Assembly (NCBI GenBank): GCA_963777505.1
Contig: CAVZQN010000006.1
Coordinates: forward strand, 160,001-224,000
Direction: 5' to 3'
From: an uncultured bacterium
GTDB taxonomy: Bacteria; Acidobacteriota; HRBIN11; JAKEFK01
Length of the DNA: 64,000 nt
How positions within the stretch are numbered: the first letter of the stretch is position 1; the number at the start of each line of letters is the position of its first letter. The position numbers were made by a program, and so were the translations under genes. Positions 39,098 through 49,955 of the stretch are shown here, in pieces. The notes beneath the pieces were generated by a model, which worked only from the letters and a program-made list of their open reading frames with translations, made no database searches and had not been told where the DNA came from.

Positions 39098-42067
39098 ATG
39101 AGATTCATTCTTCTTCTACTGTTATTGCCTTCGCTGCTTTTTGCTAATCAAGAAATCGATCAGGATTACACAAAAAAGATCCACGAATACACAACCGCGC
39201 CCGATATGACCACAGACCTTGTGGATCATCTTCCTGCATCCAGCACAGTACCAACACCGTTAAAGCATCATGGCTATATTGCAGGAACAGCTGACAAACT
39301 CACCTATGCAGAGGATGTGTATCGCTATATGCGAGCGCTAGATGAAGCCTCGCCGCGCGTGAAAGTTGTTTCGATCGGCCAATCAGAAGAAGGCCGCGAG
39401 ATGATTCTGGTTGTAATCGCAGATGAAAAAACAATAACAGAATTAGATCGCTATCGCGAAATTACAAAAAAACTTTCCGATCCAAGGAAACTCAATGATA
39501 CGGAAGCAGAGCAACTCATCAACAGCGGAAAGCCTTTTTATTATGCAACAGGCGCGATGCATTCTCCGGAAACAGGCAGCCCGGAAATGTTGATGGAACT
39601 TGCATACAGGCTTGCTGTTGAAGAAACGCCGATGATTCAAAACATCAGAAACAATGTAATCACTCTGATTACACCCGTTCTGGATGTTGATGGACGCAAC
39701 AGGATGGTAGATTTAATTCGCTGGTATCAAGCCAATCCAAATGCAGGTGTTCCACCTTTGATTTATTGGGGCAAATACGTCGCACATGATAACAATCGTG
39801 ATTCAATCGGAATCTCGTTAAAACTTTCGCAAAATGTTTTGAAGACTTATTTTGAATATTATCCGCAAGTCGTTCACGATCTGCATGAATCGGTTCCTTT
39901 CCTGTATGTTTCTACGGGCACAGGTCCTTACAATCCTGCATTGGATCCGCTTGCAATCAATGAATGGTTCCGCATCGCATATTACGAAGTTCAGACTTTA
40001 ACGCAAAAAGGTTTGCCAGGTGTTTGGACGTACGGCTTTTATGATGGATGGGCGCCGAATTATATGTTCTGGGTTGCACATGGACATAATTCAATCGGCC
40101 GGTTTTACGAAACATTTGGCAACAGCGTACCATCAACTGTAGACCGAGTCGTGCGTGATGCGAGCCAGCGCGCATGGTATCGCGCAAATCCCCCTCTTCC
40201 AAAAGTGAAATGGTCGCTTCGTAATAATGTTAATTTCATGCAAAGTGGTTTGCTTCTTGCGCTGAATTATGTAGGAGAAAATCGCGCACACTATCTGCGG
40301 ACTTTCTGGAATTTAGGTAAACGTTCCATTGCCAAAGCTACAAATGAAGGTCCTGCTGCATACGTTTTGGACGCAGGTCAAAAACGCCAAGGCCAGCTAC
40401 GTGATCTTCTAGACTTATTTAACAAACACGGAATCGAAGTTCATCGCGCCGACAATGAATTTTCAATTAAGCCAAATTGGCCTCCAAAAAAGAAGGAAGA
40501 TGACACTGACAAGAAAGACTCTAAAGATTCTAAAGATCAGAAAAAGAAGGAAGTAGAAGATCTGAAGTTCGCAGCAGGAAGTTACATCATCCGGATGGAT
40601 CAGCCTTACAGCCGTCTTGCGGATACTTTATTGGATGTTCAGTTTGTGAAAGGTGAAGAACGAATTTACGATGACACCGGATGGACACTTGGATACACAA
40701 AGAATCTTGATGTAAAACGGGTTGTAAATCAGGATGTGCTGAAAGTTCCAATGAAACTCCGGACACAACCAACAGCACAATCCGTAAAATTAAAATCAAA
40801 TGTTATTGCAATCCGGAATTCTGCCGACACAGACGTTGTGAAGCTTCTGTATCAACTAAAAGATGCCCATTTCTCAATCATTGATGAAGAATTCAAGCGA
40901 AAGGAAGGGAATCTTCCTGCGGGTACACTTTTTGTGAAAGTTGATGATTCAAATCGAACGATTGTTGAGGAAGCGTTAGCAAAATTCGGATCTTTTAGTA
41001 TTGATTCGTTCGATAAAATCCCCGCCGGCGCGCGTGAATTATCTGCACCGAAAATTGCAATTCTGCATACCTGGCTGAATACACAGGATGAAGGTTGGTA
41101 CCGGCTTGCGTTGGAAAGTCTCGGAGTTCCGTATGAGTATATTTCTACTCAGGATGTCGCAAATGATGCTGTACTGCGGAGTAAATACGATGTGATCATT
41201 TTTCCGCCGGTCAGTTTTGGTCCTCAAGACATTGTGAATGGTTTACCGGATGGTCCGCCGATTCCATGGAAAAAATCAGAACTAACTCCAAACCTTGGCG
41301 TTGATGAAACGGAAAATATGCGTCCTGGAATGGGATTTAGCGGAGTAGCGAATTTAAAAAAGTTTGTTGAAGAAGGCGGATTGTTAATTACTGTTCAGGA
41401 AACATCGGAGTGGGCGATTGAATATGGTCTTGCGCGATGGGTAAGTGTGGTGGAGGCAAACAAGTTGAAGGCACGTGGTTCGATTCTGAAAGCTGTTGTT
41501 AACGATCCGCGAAGTCCCGTTGCCTACGGTTATGATGATTCGATTCCAGTTCACTACTCCGGAGGGCCAGTTTTTAAGATTGGTGTTGATATCAGAAGGC
41601 GTGATCAAGATGAAGCTCGTCCAAGTGGTCGCGGTTCAAAAAATGATCCAGATGTTCCGCAGGGTAGAGCGTTTGTAGAAATGCCTGAGAAACCTAAACC
41701 AGCTACCGGTGAAGATGGCTTTATGCCATCAGAAGACTTGCCGTTCCGCTTTCAACCATTCATTCCGCGTGTCGAAGATCGTCCGCGCGCCATTCTTTCA
41801 TTCCCAAAAGAAGCGGATCAAATCCTGCTTTCAGGCATGCTCGAAGGTGGAGAAGATATTGCGGGCACTCCGGTTGTAATCGATTCCCCGCTGGGAAAAG
41901 GGCATATTCTTTTATTTGGAAATAATCCAATGTGGCGTATGACAACGCAAGGTACGTATGCCCTGATTTTCAATGCCGTTTTTAATTACAACAATCTGAA
42001 TGCCGGATGGCCACCAAAGAAAGCAGAGGAGCAGAAGGGCGGAGGAGCGGAGGAGAAAAAGCGATAA
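39098..42067 (+). CDS. Secreted M14-family zinc carboxypeptidase with a C-terminal GATase-like domain
   Basis: Signal peptide from ATG 39098; HSPE, HDNNRD and HDLHE zinc/substrate motifs; DEGW motif in the C-terminal part. Confidence 0.85.
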   Translation: MRFILLLLLLPSLLFANQEIDQDYTKKIHEYTTAPDMTTDLVDHLPASSTVPTPLKHHGYIAGTADKLTYAEDVYRYMRALDEASPRVKVVSIGQSEEGREMILVVIADEKTITELDRYREITKKLSDPRKLNDTEAEQLINSGKPFYYATGAMHSPETGSPEMLMELAYRLAVEETPMIQNIRNNVITLITPVLDVDGRNRMVDLIRWYQANPNAGVPPLIYWGKYVAHDNNRDSIGISLKLSQNVLKTYFEYYPQVVHDLHESVPFLYVSTGTGPYNPALDPLAINEWFRIAYYEVQTLTQKGLPGVWTYGFYDGWAPNYMFWVAHGHNSIGRFYETFGNSVPSTVDRVVRDASQRAWYRANPPLPKVKWSLRNNVNFMQSGLLLALNYVGENRAHYLRTFWNLGKRSIAKATNEGPAAYVLDAGQKRQGQLRDLLDLFNKHGIEVHRADNEFSIKPNWPPKKKEDDTDKKDSKDSKDQKKKEVEDLKFAAGSYIIRMDQPYSRLADTLLDVQFVKGEERIYDDTGWTLGYTKNLDVKRVVNQDVLKVPMKLRTQPTAQSVKLKSNVIAIRNSADTDVVKLLYQLKDAHFSIIDEEFKRKEGNLPAGTLFVKVDDSNRTIVEEALAKFGSFSIDSFDKIPAGARELSAPKIAILHTWLNTQDEGWYRLALESLGVPYEYISTQDVANDAVLRSKYDVIIFPPVSFGPQDIVNGLPDGPPIPWKKSELTPNLGVDETENMRPGMGFSGVANLKKFVEEGGLLITVQETSEWAIEYGLARWVSVVEANKLKARGSILKAVVNDPRSPVAYGYDDSIPVHYSGGPVFKIGVDIRRRDQDEARPSGRGSKNDPDVPQGRAFVEMPEKPKPATGEDGFMPSEDLPFRFQPFIPRVEDRPRAILSFPKEADQILLSGMLEGGEDIAGTPVVIDSPLGKGHILLFGNNPMWRMTTQGTYALIFNAVFNYNNLNAGWPPKKAEEQKGGGAEEKKR

Positions 42068-42099
42068 ATAATTGTAGAACGCACAAGTGATATTTCTCT

Positions 42100-43335
42100 T
42101 TGAAAATGTTTGACCATCTTAAGAGGAACGGGCAATGGTATTTATTGCTGGTTCTAATGCTTGTTGGGGTTTTTGTTTTCTATTGGTTAAGATGGCATAC
42201 ATTCACGGATTTTGTTTATGCGATTGATCACAATCCCGGGTTCATGCAAGACTTCGTTCGCTATTACTATGAAACGGGCAGGCAAATCCTTCAAAGTTCG
42301 AAGCCCGTTGACGGTTACTTCTACACTTCTTTTTTTGCCATTCTGCTTTCACCAATATCCACACTTCCCATTCCTGCGGCCACTTTCATTTGGACTACGA
42401 TTCAACTTACCTGTCTAATAATTTTTTGCGTAGTATCATCACGCATTTTGAAAATGCCGCCTCTCCAAACGGTACTATTCGCTGGACTGTGTGTAACCTC
42501 CTTCCCAATCCTTCATAACTTAAGGTGGGGGCAGGTGAGCCTTCTCATTACTGTTTGCGTGATGATTGCATTTTTTGTCTGGGAAAAAAATAAACCATCT
42601 TTAGCAGCAATACTGTTGGCATTTGTTTCAGCAATAAAATTTTACCCGGCAATTTTTGGAGTACATTTCCTGCTGAAGCGTGATACGCGTTCCTTCGTTA
42701 TTTTCGTACTGGCGTTGTTTGTCTTTTTTTTTGCAATACCGGCAACCGTGCTTGGTTTTTCAAACTGGCTTGGGTTTGAAAAGACGATTCTTACTGCCAT
42801 TCGTAATTCGGATTGGGTCACATATGATGTTAATTCCCAATACGTTGTGCATGTAGCAAGAAGATGGTTTGAATTTGTTTATGACCGGGCTCCTGATCAT
42901 TGGTTTACACGAATACTGAGCATTACAGGCTATGCAATTGGATTGTCGTGTGTATTTATGGCGTGGTTGCTCTATCGAAGAGAAAGCTTTAGAAGATACG
43001 GTCTACCGCTGGTTGCCATCTTTTTATCGATTCCTTTCGTACTCAAAACTTCATGGCCGCATTACTTTGTATATCTGCCGTTCTGCCAGGCAGCATTACT
43101 GTACTGCTATGCTTCATTTTTCCGGACTTCAATCATATTTGGAAAGGTTCTTTGTTTGCTTCCTTTTTTATCAATGATCCTGTCCAGTATGTTTTTCTTC
43201 AGTCTTTTTATAAGCTGGTCTAGTTATAGTTCGTATGGCATGTTGTTCGTAGCAAATATGCTCTTGTGGATTTCGGTGCCGGTAATACTTTTCGCTCCAA
43301 AGAAAATCTTCGGGATGTCCGGGATACAGCGTTGA
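42100..43335 (+). CDS. GT87 (DUF2029) family membrane glycosyltransferase
   Basis: Multi-TM; DF..YY, NLRWGQ, AIKFYPA and SWPHY motifs. Confidence 0.75.
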   Translation: MKMFDHLKRNGQWYLLLVLMLVGVFVFYWLRWHTFTDFVYAIDHNPGFMQDFVRYYYETGRQILQSSKPVDGYFYTSFFAILLSPISTLPIPAATFIWTTIQLTCLIIFCVVSSRILKMPPLQTVLFAGLCVTSFPILHNLRWGQVSLLITVCVMIAFFVWEKNKPSLAAILLAFVSAIKFYPAIFGVHFLLKRDTRSFVIFVLALFVFFFAIPATVLGFSNWLGFEKTILTAIRNSDWVTYDVNSQYVVHVARRWFEFVYDRAPDHWFTRILSITGYAIGLSCVFMAWLLYRRESFRRYGLPLVAIFLSIPFVLKTSWPHYFVYLPFCQAALLYCYASFFRTSIIFGKVLCLLPFLSMILSSMFFFSLFISWSSYSSYGMLFVANMLLWISVPVILFAPKKIFGMSGIQR

Positions 43336-43429
43336 TTGTGCAACCTTTGAAGGCATTGTAAGCTCTATTAATAAGTGCTGAGTAAGGCTTTGAGATCTGG
43401 CGATCGTTTTGATTAACGGAGGTTAAAAC

Positions 43430-43837
43430 ATGGCGAAAAAGATTTCATTGCTTCTAGGTATTGTGTTCCTGTTGGTGGGAGTTGCCGGTTTCGTCCTTCC
43501 AAATCTGTTAGGTACACATTTGTCGCTGGCTCATAACCTGGTTCATATAATTTCTGGCGCAGTGGCAATTTACTTTGGGACTGCTGGTTCGTTATCTGCG
43601 GCGCGAAGTTTCTGCATTCTATTCGGCATTGTGTATGGATTGCTCGGTGTTGCCGGCTTCTTACTTGGCACATCTGGAACAGTAACCATGGCCGGCATGG
43701 AAAATATGTCGGATGGCCGCTTGTTTAAAGTAATTCCGGGTCAGCTGGAACTTGGAACTATGGATCACATAGTTCATGTTCTTTTAGGTACTGTTTTCTT
43801 GATCGGAGGGCTTGCAACAAGAAAAGATGCGGTTTAA
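43430..43837 (+). CDS. Small 4-TM membrane protein (DUF4383-like)
   Basis: GIVFLLVGVAGF, HNLVHIISG, DHIVH pattern. Confidence 0.7.
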   Translation: MAKKISLLLGIVFLLVGVAGFVLPNLLGTHLSLAHNLVHIISGAVAIYFGTAGSLSAARSFCILFGIVYGLLGVAGFLLGTSGTVTMAGMENMSDGRLFKVIPGQLELGTMDHIVHVLLGTVFLIGGLATRKDAV

Positions 43838-43869
43838 CTTTTGATTTTTGTTGTAAAAGAATTTATCTC

Positions 43870-43900
43870 AAAGGCGTCCGTGAATTGCGGACGCCTTTTT
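43870..43900 (+). terminator. Rho-independent terminator
   Basis: aaaggcgtccg-tgaattg-cggacgccttttt. Confidence 0.8.
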
Positions 43901-44015
43901 GTTTCAAGCATCGTCAATCAAATTCCTCGAAAACGTCGTCGACATGAGAAGTTCCGAGCAGGATTTGTCTTGATCATTCAGGAAATATACAGATATTGAG
44001 TCATATGGTGAAAAA

Positions 44016-46220
44016 ATGAGGCTTGTAATCGTCTCAAACAGGCTCCCCTTTTCTGTTCAGATTCGAGAAGATGGGATCGATTTTCAAAAAAGCCCAGGCG
44101 GCCTTGTGTCGGGACTTTCCTCGTACCTTGCGAGTGAACAGAAAGGTCCGGCTGATGGCGAATTTTTGTGGGTTGGCTGGCCCGGTCAATCAGTTTCTGA
44201 AGAGTGGCAGCAGCCAATGATCGATCGCGCCGGTACTGAATACAAATCGTACCCTGTCTTTCTGACAGAAGATTCAATGGAGATGTTTTATCATGGTTTT
44301 TGTAACAGTACGATCTGGCCGCTTTTTCATTACTTCCCGAGTTACGCACGATTCAATCCTGAACACTGGCAGCAATACAAAGAAGTCAATCGCATCTTCT
44401 GTGATGCAGTAGTCAACGTCGCAAGACCAGATGATCTAATCTGGATTCAGGATTATCACTTAATGTTGCTTCCACAAATGTTGAGAGAACGTTTGCCGAA
44501 TGCGTCGATCGGATTTTTTCTGCATATACCCTTCCCATCGTTTGAGGTTTTTCGAATGCTTCCAAAAGTTTGGCGAGCAAACATCCTTTTGGGATTGCTT
44601 GGTGCTGATCTTATCGGCTTTCACACGCATCATTACACACAATATTTCCTCCGTTGCGTGCTTCGAATTCTTGGCTATGAGCACTCATCCGGTCAGATCA
44701 CTTTTGGAAATAGGCTTGCGGTCGCAGACACTTTTCCGATGGGTATCGAATTTAAGAAATTTCAGGAAGGCGCGAAAACGCCTGAGGCTGTTCAAGAACA
44801 TTCAACGTTGCAACAAAGTTTTGGAGATCGTCGAGTTATTCTGTCAGTTGATCGTTTGGATTATTCAAAAGGAATTATCAATCGACTGCAAGGATTTGAA
44901 ATTTTTCTTGAACGAAATGAAAAATGGCACGAGCGTGTAACTCTTTTGCTCGTTGTTGTTCCATCAAGAATTGGAGTCGAACACTACCAGTTCTTAAAAC
45001 AACAAATTGATGAAATGGTTGGAAAAGTGAACGGCAAATTTGGAACGATCAATTGGACTCCAATTGTTTATCAGTATCGTTCATTAGATTTTGAACCTCT
45101 CGTGGCTCTTTATCGTGCTAGCGATATAGCCCTGATTACACCTTTACGCGATGGAATGAACTTGATCTCAAAAGAGTATATAGCCTCACGTGTCGATCAA
45201 ACGGGGGTTCTCATTCTGAGTGAAATGGCAGGAGCTTCAAGCGAGCTAGGGGAGGCAATCATCATTAATCCGAACAACCATGAAGAGATTTCTGATGCAA
45301 TCACTGAAGCTCTTGAAATGCCTGAAGGTGAACAAAAGCGCCGGATCTCAATGATGCAAAGACGTTTAGAACATTATGATGTTGTTCATTGGGCGGGTGA
45401 ATTCTTAAAAAGATTGAATTCAACAAAACAACACCAGCGTGAAATGTCTTCCAGAATTCTCAGCCATGTGCATGTTGAAGAACTTCTGAGGCGTTATAAG
45501 AACGCAACACAAAGACTTTTATTGCAGGATTATGATGGAACGTTGGTGCAGTATGCCCTCATCCCGGAAGAAGCAAAACCGCAAGAAGCTGTTCTAAACC
45601 TTCTTCGTAAGCTTGCAGGAAGTTCAAAAAATGATCTGGTCCTCATTAGCGGTCGCGATAAAAATACGCTGGATGAATGGTTTGATGATATCCCTGCGGG
45701 CCTTATAGGGGAGCATGGTGCCTGGCTCAGAGAAAGGAATCAGCAATGGCAGAATCCATTTCCTCAAAACTCATCAACGTGGAAGACTCAAATCAGGCAA
45801 ATACTTGAATTGTTCGTTGACCGATTGCCAGGTTCCTTCATTGAAGAAAAAGAATTTACCCTGGTATGGCATTTTCGGAAGGCTGACCTTGAGTTCAGTT
45901 CTGTTCTGGCAAAAGAACTTGCGGACCATCTTCAAAGTTTTGCCGCTTCCATGAATATTCAGGTGATTCTTGGAAACAGGAATGTAGAGATTCGTAATAC
46001 GGGAATCAACAAAGGAACTGCCGCAACTTTCTGGATGGCAAGGAAATCTTACGATTTTATTTTGGCACTGGGTGATGATACGACTGATGAAGATTTATTC
46101 AGGAGCCTTCCCGAGCAAGCCTACTCAGTTAAGGTTGGTACGGGAAAATCTGCGGCACGATTCAATTTGGTCTCGCCCTCTGATGCACTCCAGCTATTAA
46201 GCAGGCTCGCCGAAAACTAA
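44016..46220 (+). CDS. Bifunctional trehalose-6-phosphate synthase/phosphatase (OtsA-OtsB fusion)
   Basis: VSNRLP, SPGGL, WIQDYHL, FFLHIPFP, DRLDYSKG, DGMNL; HAD domain DYDGTL and GDDTTDEDLF. Confidence 0.93.
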   Translation: MRLVIVSNRLPFSVQIREDGIDFQKSPGGLVSGLSSYLASEQKGPADGEFLWVGWPGQSVSEEWQQPMIDRAGTEYKSYPVFLTEDSMEMFYHGFCNSTIWPLFHYFPSYARFNPEHWQQYKEVNRIFCDAVVNVARPDDLIWIQDYHLMLLPQMLRERLPNASIGFFLHIPFPSFEVFRMLPKVWRANILLGLLGADLIGFHTHHYTQYFLRCVLRILGYEHSSGQITFGNRLAVADTFPMGIEFKKFQEGAKTPEAVQEHSTLQQSFGDRRVILSVDRLDYSKGIINRLQGFEIFLERNEKWHERVTLLLVVVPSRIGVEHYQFLKQQIDEMVGKVNGKFGTINWTPIVYQYRSLDFEPLVALYRASDIALITPLRDGMNLISKEYIASRVDQTGVLILSEMAGASSELGEAIIINPNNHEEISDAITEALEMPEGEQKRRISMMQRRLEHYDVVHWAGEFLKRLNSTKQHQREMSSRILSHVHVEELLRRYKNATQRLLLQDYDGTLVQYALIPEEAKPQEAVLNLLRKLAGSSKNDLVLISGRDKNTLDEWFDDIPAGLIGEHGAWLRERNQQWQNPFPQNSSTWKTQIRQILELFVDRLPGSFIEEKEFTLVWHFRKADLEFSSVLAKELADHLQSFAASMNIQVILGNRNVEIRNTGINKGTAATFWMARKSYDFILALGDDTTDEDLFRSLPEQAYSVKVGTGKSAARFNLVSPSDALQLLSRLAEN

Positions 46221-46257
46221 TTACTCACCAGTTCTTTCGTCGGTTAGAATAAGAGCG

Positions 46258-47619
46258 GTGATGAACGGCACGATCCCTGCTCGCTTCTTTGCTTATGCTT
46301 TGCTGTTTATACCAGTAACAATTCTGCCCTTATTTCTTTCCGGTAATGCCACCGCGTTTGTTTCAAATACTTATGGCCGAAGTTACACGCATTTTGAATT
46401 GTTGGGTTTCAGTGCAAGCGTCTGGTTGATTCTTGTTGCGTGGAATGAATTTCGACAACGCAGTGGTACTTCATCCGAAAAATTAATAATTCTTATTCCC
46501 TGGCTTCTAACAGGATTCTTTTTTCTAACGTTCGTTGTCGAATATTCCGCCGAGTCGTTGGATTACTTTAATTACAAAACTGCGGCAATGGCAATTCTGG
46601 AAGGAAAGAATCCTTATTCACCAAAAACGTACATTTATCCGCCGCTTACGGCACAGTTGCTTGCAGGCGCTTTCTTTTTGATTCGTTCCACGCTTTTATC
46701 GATGGGCTCCAATGCTGGAGAAAACATCGTATGGAACCTGGTCTTCTATTTCTATCAATGCCTCCAATTCTTTCTGGCAGTTCTTGCATTTTGGCTGTGT
46801 TACCGCTTGATCAGAATATTCGACCGCGACCGCTTGCGCTCAGCGATTCTTTTAACTGCTCTGATGATATTTAACAATCCGATGATCCGGACCTTGCGCC
46901 ACAACCAGGTCAATTTGCTTGTGCTTGATCTTTTGGTCATTGCGATTCTTTTTTCGATTCAGCATCCGTGGTTCAGTGGGTTTTTTAATGCGATAGCATG
47001 TCATATCAAGCTATATCCGTTTGTATTTCTGCTTCCCTGGGCAATCAAGAGACGATGGCTTCCTGCGGTTGCAACAATTGTTTTTTTCTTTCTCATTGTT
47101 TTGGCGCAAGCAGTAACAGGTAACGGTCTTGATCTATGGAAGCAATTCTTAGCCCTCTTTGCAGAGTTTCCCAAAGGCCACTATTTCCGTGATAACAGCA
47201 TTCACTCTGTAATTTTCAACACGCTTTATTTTCTGATGCTTCCTTTTCGCAAGCCTGGAATGGAACTTCTTTTCGTTTCTAAAGTTGCACATATTCTCAT
47301 TTCTATTTTTCTTGTCTTAATCTTCATCAACCGATGGCGCCGGCAGCAGGATCATGAAATGATTGCGGTACTTGAATCGATTCCATTAATCCTGCTCCTT
47401 TCTCCGCTTGTCTGGGAACATCACTTCATTCTTCTTCTGCCATACGCATTGTGGAACTTATCCAGGGCAAACCATCCACTTCGTGCACGTGCTTTTCTCG
47501 GTGCGTTAATGATTTTTGCGATTCCTACATTCGACTTTTTTCCGTTCAGTTATCACCGCATGGTAGGGATGATTTTGATGCTTTCTTCCACGCCGGGATG
47601 GAAATGGAACAAACCATAA
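46258..47619 (+). CDS. GT87-family membrane glycosyltransferase
   Basis: Multi-TM; YIYPP, NQVN, HIKLYP, SPLVWEHH. Confidence 0.75.
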   Translation: MMNGTIPARFFAYALLFIPVTILPLFLSGNATAFVSNTYGRSYTHFELLGFSASVWLILVAWNEFRQRSGTSSEKLIILIPWLLTGFFFLTFVVEYSAESLDYFNYKTAAMAILEGKNPYSPKTYIYPPLTAQLLAGAFFLIRSTLLSMGSNAGENIVWNLVFYFYQCLQFFLAVLAFWLCYRLIRIFDRDRLRSAILLTALMIFNNPMIRTLRHNQVNLLVLDLLVIAILFSIQHPWFSGFFNAIACHIKLYPFVFLLPWAIKRRWLPAVATIVFFFLIVLAQAVTGNGLDLWKQFLALFAEFPKGHYFRDNSIHSVIFNTLYFLMLPFRKPGMELLFVSKVAHILISIFLVLIFINRWRRQQDHEMIAVLESIPLILLLSPLVWEHHFILLLPYALWNLSRANHPLRARAFLGALMIFAIPTFDFFPFSYHRMVGMILMLSSTPGWKWNKP

Positions 47620-49955
47620 CGTTCAGATCCATCTTTAAAGAAAAGGAATTCTGGCTTCTTTGTGTTCTTGGAGTGCTGACGTTTCCAGGCACAATCATCG
47701 GAGAAACTTTCTTTTACCGCGATTTGTATCTGCATTATCTTCCGCAAAAAAGACTGTTGAGCCAGATGATTCTGCAAGGAGAATTGCCATTATGGAATCC
47801 ATATTTGCATGGCGGGCAGCCATTTCTTGCGGAGATTGATTTCAGCGTTTTATATCCATCCAATCTTCTTTATTTATTTTTGCCCGCGTATGCCGCATTT
47901 AATATCGACATCGTTGGCCACGTTATTTTTGGGGCACTTGGAGCGTATTGCCTCGCTCGTTTTTCAGGTCTTTCAAAGCTTTCTAGCGCAGTGTGTGGCG
48001 TTGTGTTTGGATTCTGCGGATATTCGCTTTCGATTATTAATCTAATGAACCGGATGCTCGCTCATCCTTATTTGCCGTGGTTGTGTGTTTTCTGGCACCG
48101 TCTGCTGATGGAAAAAAGGCCGCATTGGTTTTTCCTTGGCGTTTTGTTCGGCACGTTTCAGATTTTTGCCGGCGCCCCAGAATCGACACTCATCGCTTAT
48201 CTCTTGCTGCTGATCTGGTCCATTGGGGGCAGTTATGATTTACAAATCCGCAAAAGGATTATCTTGTTGGCTTTGCTGGGAATCAGTACAGCACTCGTTT
48301 CAGCCGTGCAATTGATCCCAACTTTCGAAATGACTTCGGTGTCTTCCCGTGCAATTCCCGGATCGTTCGAAATATTCAGCCAGTGGTCAGTACACGTTAA
48401 AAGAATTCCCGAAATATTTTCCCCAAATTTTTTCGGACGTACGGATACGCTTGCAGCAACGGATTATTGGGGGACCCGAGTTGAAGATTTTGGATTTCCG
48501 TACATTTTAAGCATTTATTTCGGCGTGCCTTCGATCCTGCTTGCGATAGTTGGGATTCAACGAAAGAAATTGCATTATGCGTTAGCTGCAACAATTCTCC
48601 TGGCTGTTCTTTTTTCGCTTGGAAGATATTTTCCATTAACACGCGTTTTGTATGAAATTCTGCCGGGATTGGATCGCTTTCGGTATCCAGTAAAGTTTTT
48701 GTGTCTTGCTATTGTGCCACTGAGTTATCTTGCTGCAGCTGGTTTTGAGAAGCACTGGAATTCGGAATTATGGCGACCCAAACGAACTCTGTTGATTATT
48801 CTTTGGTCCACCTGCGGCTTGCTAATTCTGCTGATACTGGTTCTGAAGTCTGGCAATTCTGTGGAAAAATTTGCGCGTGCATTCTTTGAATTGCCATCGA
48901 CACAGGCAATTCAATCCGGATTACTTCAGTCCATCTTTCATACGTTGTTAGTTGTTCTTCTTTTGAGCCTGGTTTATACGCTTCGGAACATGCGTGCAAG
49001 CGTGTGGCAGAAAGTCGCGATTTTCGGAATTGTTGCTTTTGATTTGATCATTGCTGGCAGGAATTTGAATCCTCTCGCACCTGTTTCATTTTATGATCAA
49101 ACTCCCGATGTAGTGAATCTAGTCCGGAAAGAAATCGATGGCGGAAGATTTTATCGAACGCCTAATCCTCCTGGGATTGCTTTAAACGCTCCAACGAATG
49201 ACGTCATCTGGCAATATCGCTGGAATCAGGAGGTCTTATCGGAACATCTTGCAACGTCATATGGAATTCCAATGATCTTCCATGGAGACATCGATGGCCT
49301 TGCGCAAAAAAGGCTAATAGATTTGACGAATGCTCTCAATGTTCTTCCATGGTCGAAACGGATTCCAGTTTTGTCTGCCGCAGGTGTAACTGTAATCATG
49401 ACCCACGAAAAACTAGAACTTCCAGGAATAGAGCCTGCCTACGTTTTGCGAAATCGCAGCAATGTACCTTTTTATTTGTATCGAAACCGACGGGCCGTTT
49501 TGCCTGCTGCCAGAATTGATAATGTAGAAAAAATAAATGACTTTCGAGCCACGCTAAACTTTATGACTTCAGAAGATTATTCTCCGGAGATTGCTGGCGT
49601 GACTGATGATGAAGTACAACCGTTGAGTCACTGCGAAGATTCGACCGCTTCTGTTCAATTGTTGCGAGCAACTTTCCGTGAAATGGAATACGAAACTTCG
49701 GGAAACTGCAATGCGATGTTAACTGTAGCTCTTCCGTTTTATAACGGTTGGAAAGTTTTCATCAATGATGAACCCGCATCGATTCGTAGAATGAACTGGG
49801 CGTTCAGTGGTGTGCAGGCCGGACCAAAGAGTCAACGCATTTTTCTTCTTTATTCTCCGGGCTCAGTAAAACTCGGCGCGCTTATTTCTGTGATTTCTAT
49901 CATAGTGCTTTTAATAATTACGGTTAGAATAAATCATGCCGCTCGGAAGACGTGA
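47598..49955 (+). CDS. YfhO-family GT-C membrane protein
   Basis: RDLYLHYLP, GELPLWNPYLHGGQPF, FRYPVK, C-terminal YNGWKVFIND and TM; start probably 47598 or 47604. Confidence 0.82.
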   Translation: MEMEQTITFRSIFKEKEFWLLCVLGVLTFPGTIIGETFFYRDLYLHYLPQKRLLSQMILQGELPLWNPYLHGGQPFLAEIDFSVLYPSNLLYLFLPAYAAFNIDIVGHVIFGALGAYCLARFSGLSKLSSAVCGVVFGFCGYSLSIINLMNRMLAHPYLPWLCVFWHRLLMEKRPHWFFLGVLFGTFQIFAGAPESTLIAYLLLLIWSIGGSYDLQIRKRIILLALLGISTALVSAVQLIPTFEMTSVSSRAIPGSFEIFSQWSVHVKRIPEIFSPNFFGRTDTLAATDYWGTRVEDFGFPYILSIYFGVPSILLAIVGIQRKKLHYALAATILLAVLFSLGRYFPLTRVLYEILPGLDRFRYPVKFLCLAIVPLSYLAAAGFEKHWNSELWRPKRTLLIILWSTCGLLILLILVLKSGNSVEKFARAFFELPSTQAIQSGLLQSIFHTLLVVLLLSLVYTLRNMRASVWQKVAIFGIVAFDLIIAGRNLNPLAPVSFYDQTPDVVNLVRKEIDGGRFYRTPNPPGIALNAPTNDVIWQYRWNQEVLSEHLATSYGIPMIFHGDIDGLAQKRLIDLTNALNVLPWSKRIPVLSAAGVTVIMTHEKLELPGIEPAYVLRNRSNVPFYLYRNRRAVLPAARIDNVEKINDFRATLNFMTSEDYSPEIAGVTDDEVQPLSHCEDSTASVQLLRATFREMEYETSGNCNAMLTVALPFYNGWKVFINDEPASIRRMNWAFSGVQAGPKSQRIFLLYSPGSVKLGALISVISIIVLLIITVRINHAARKT

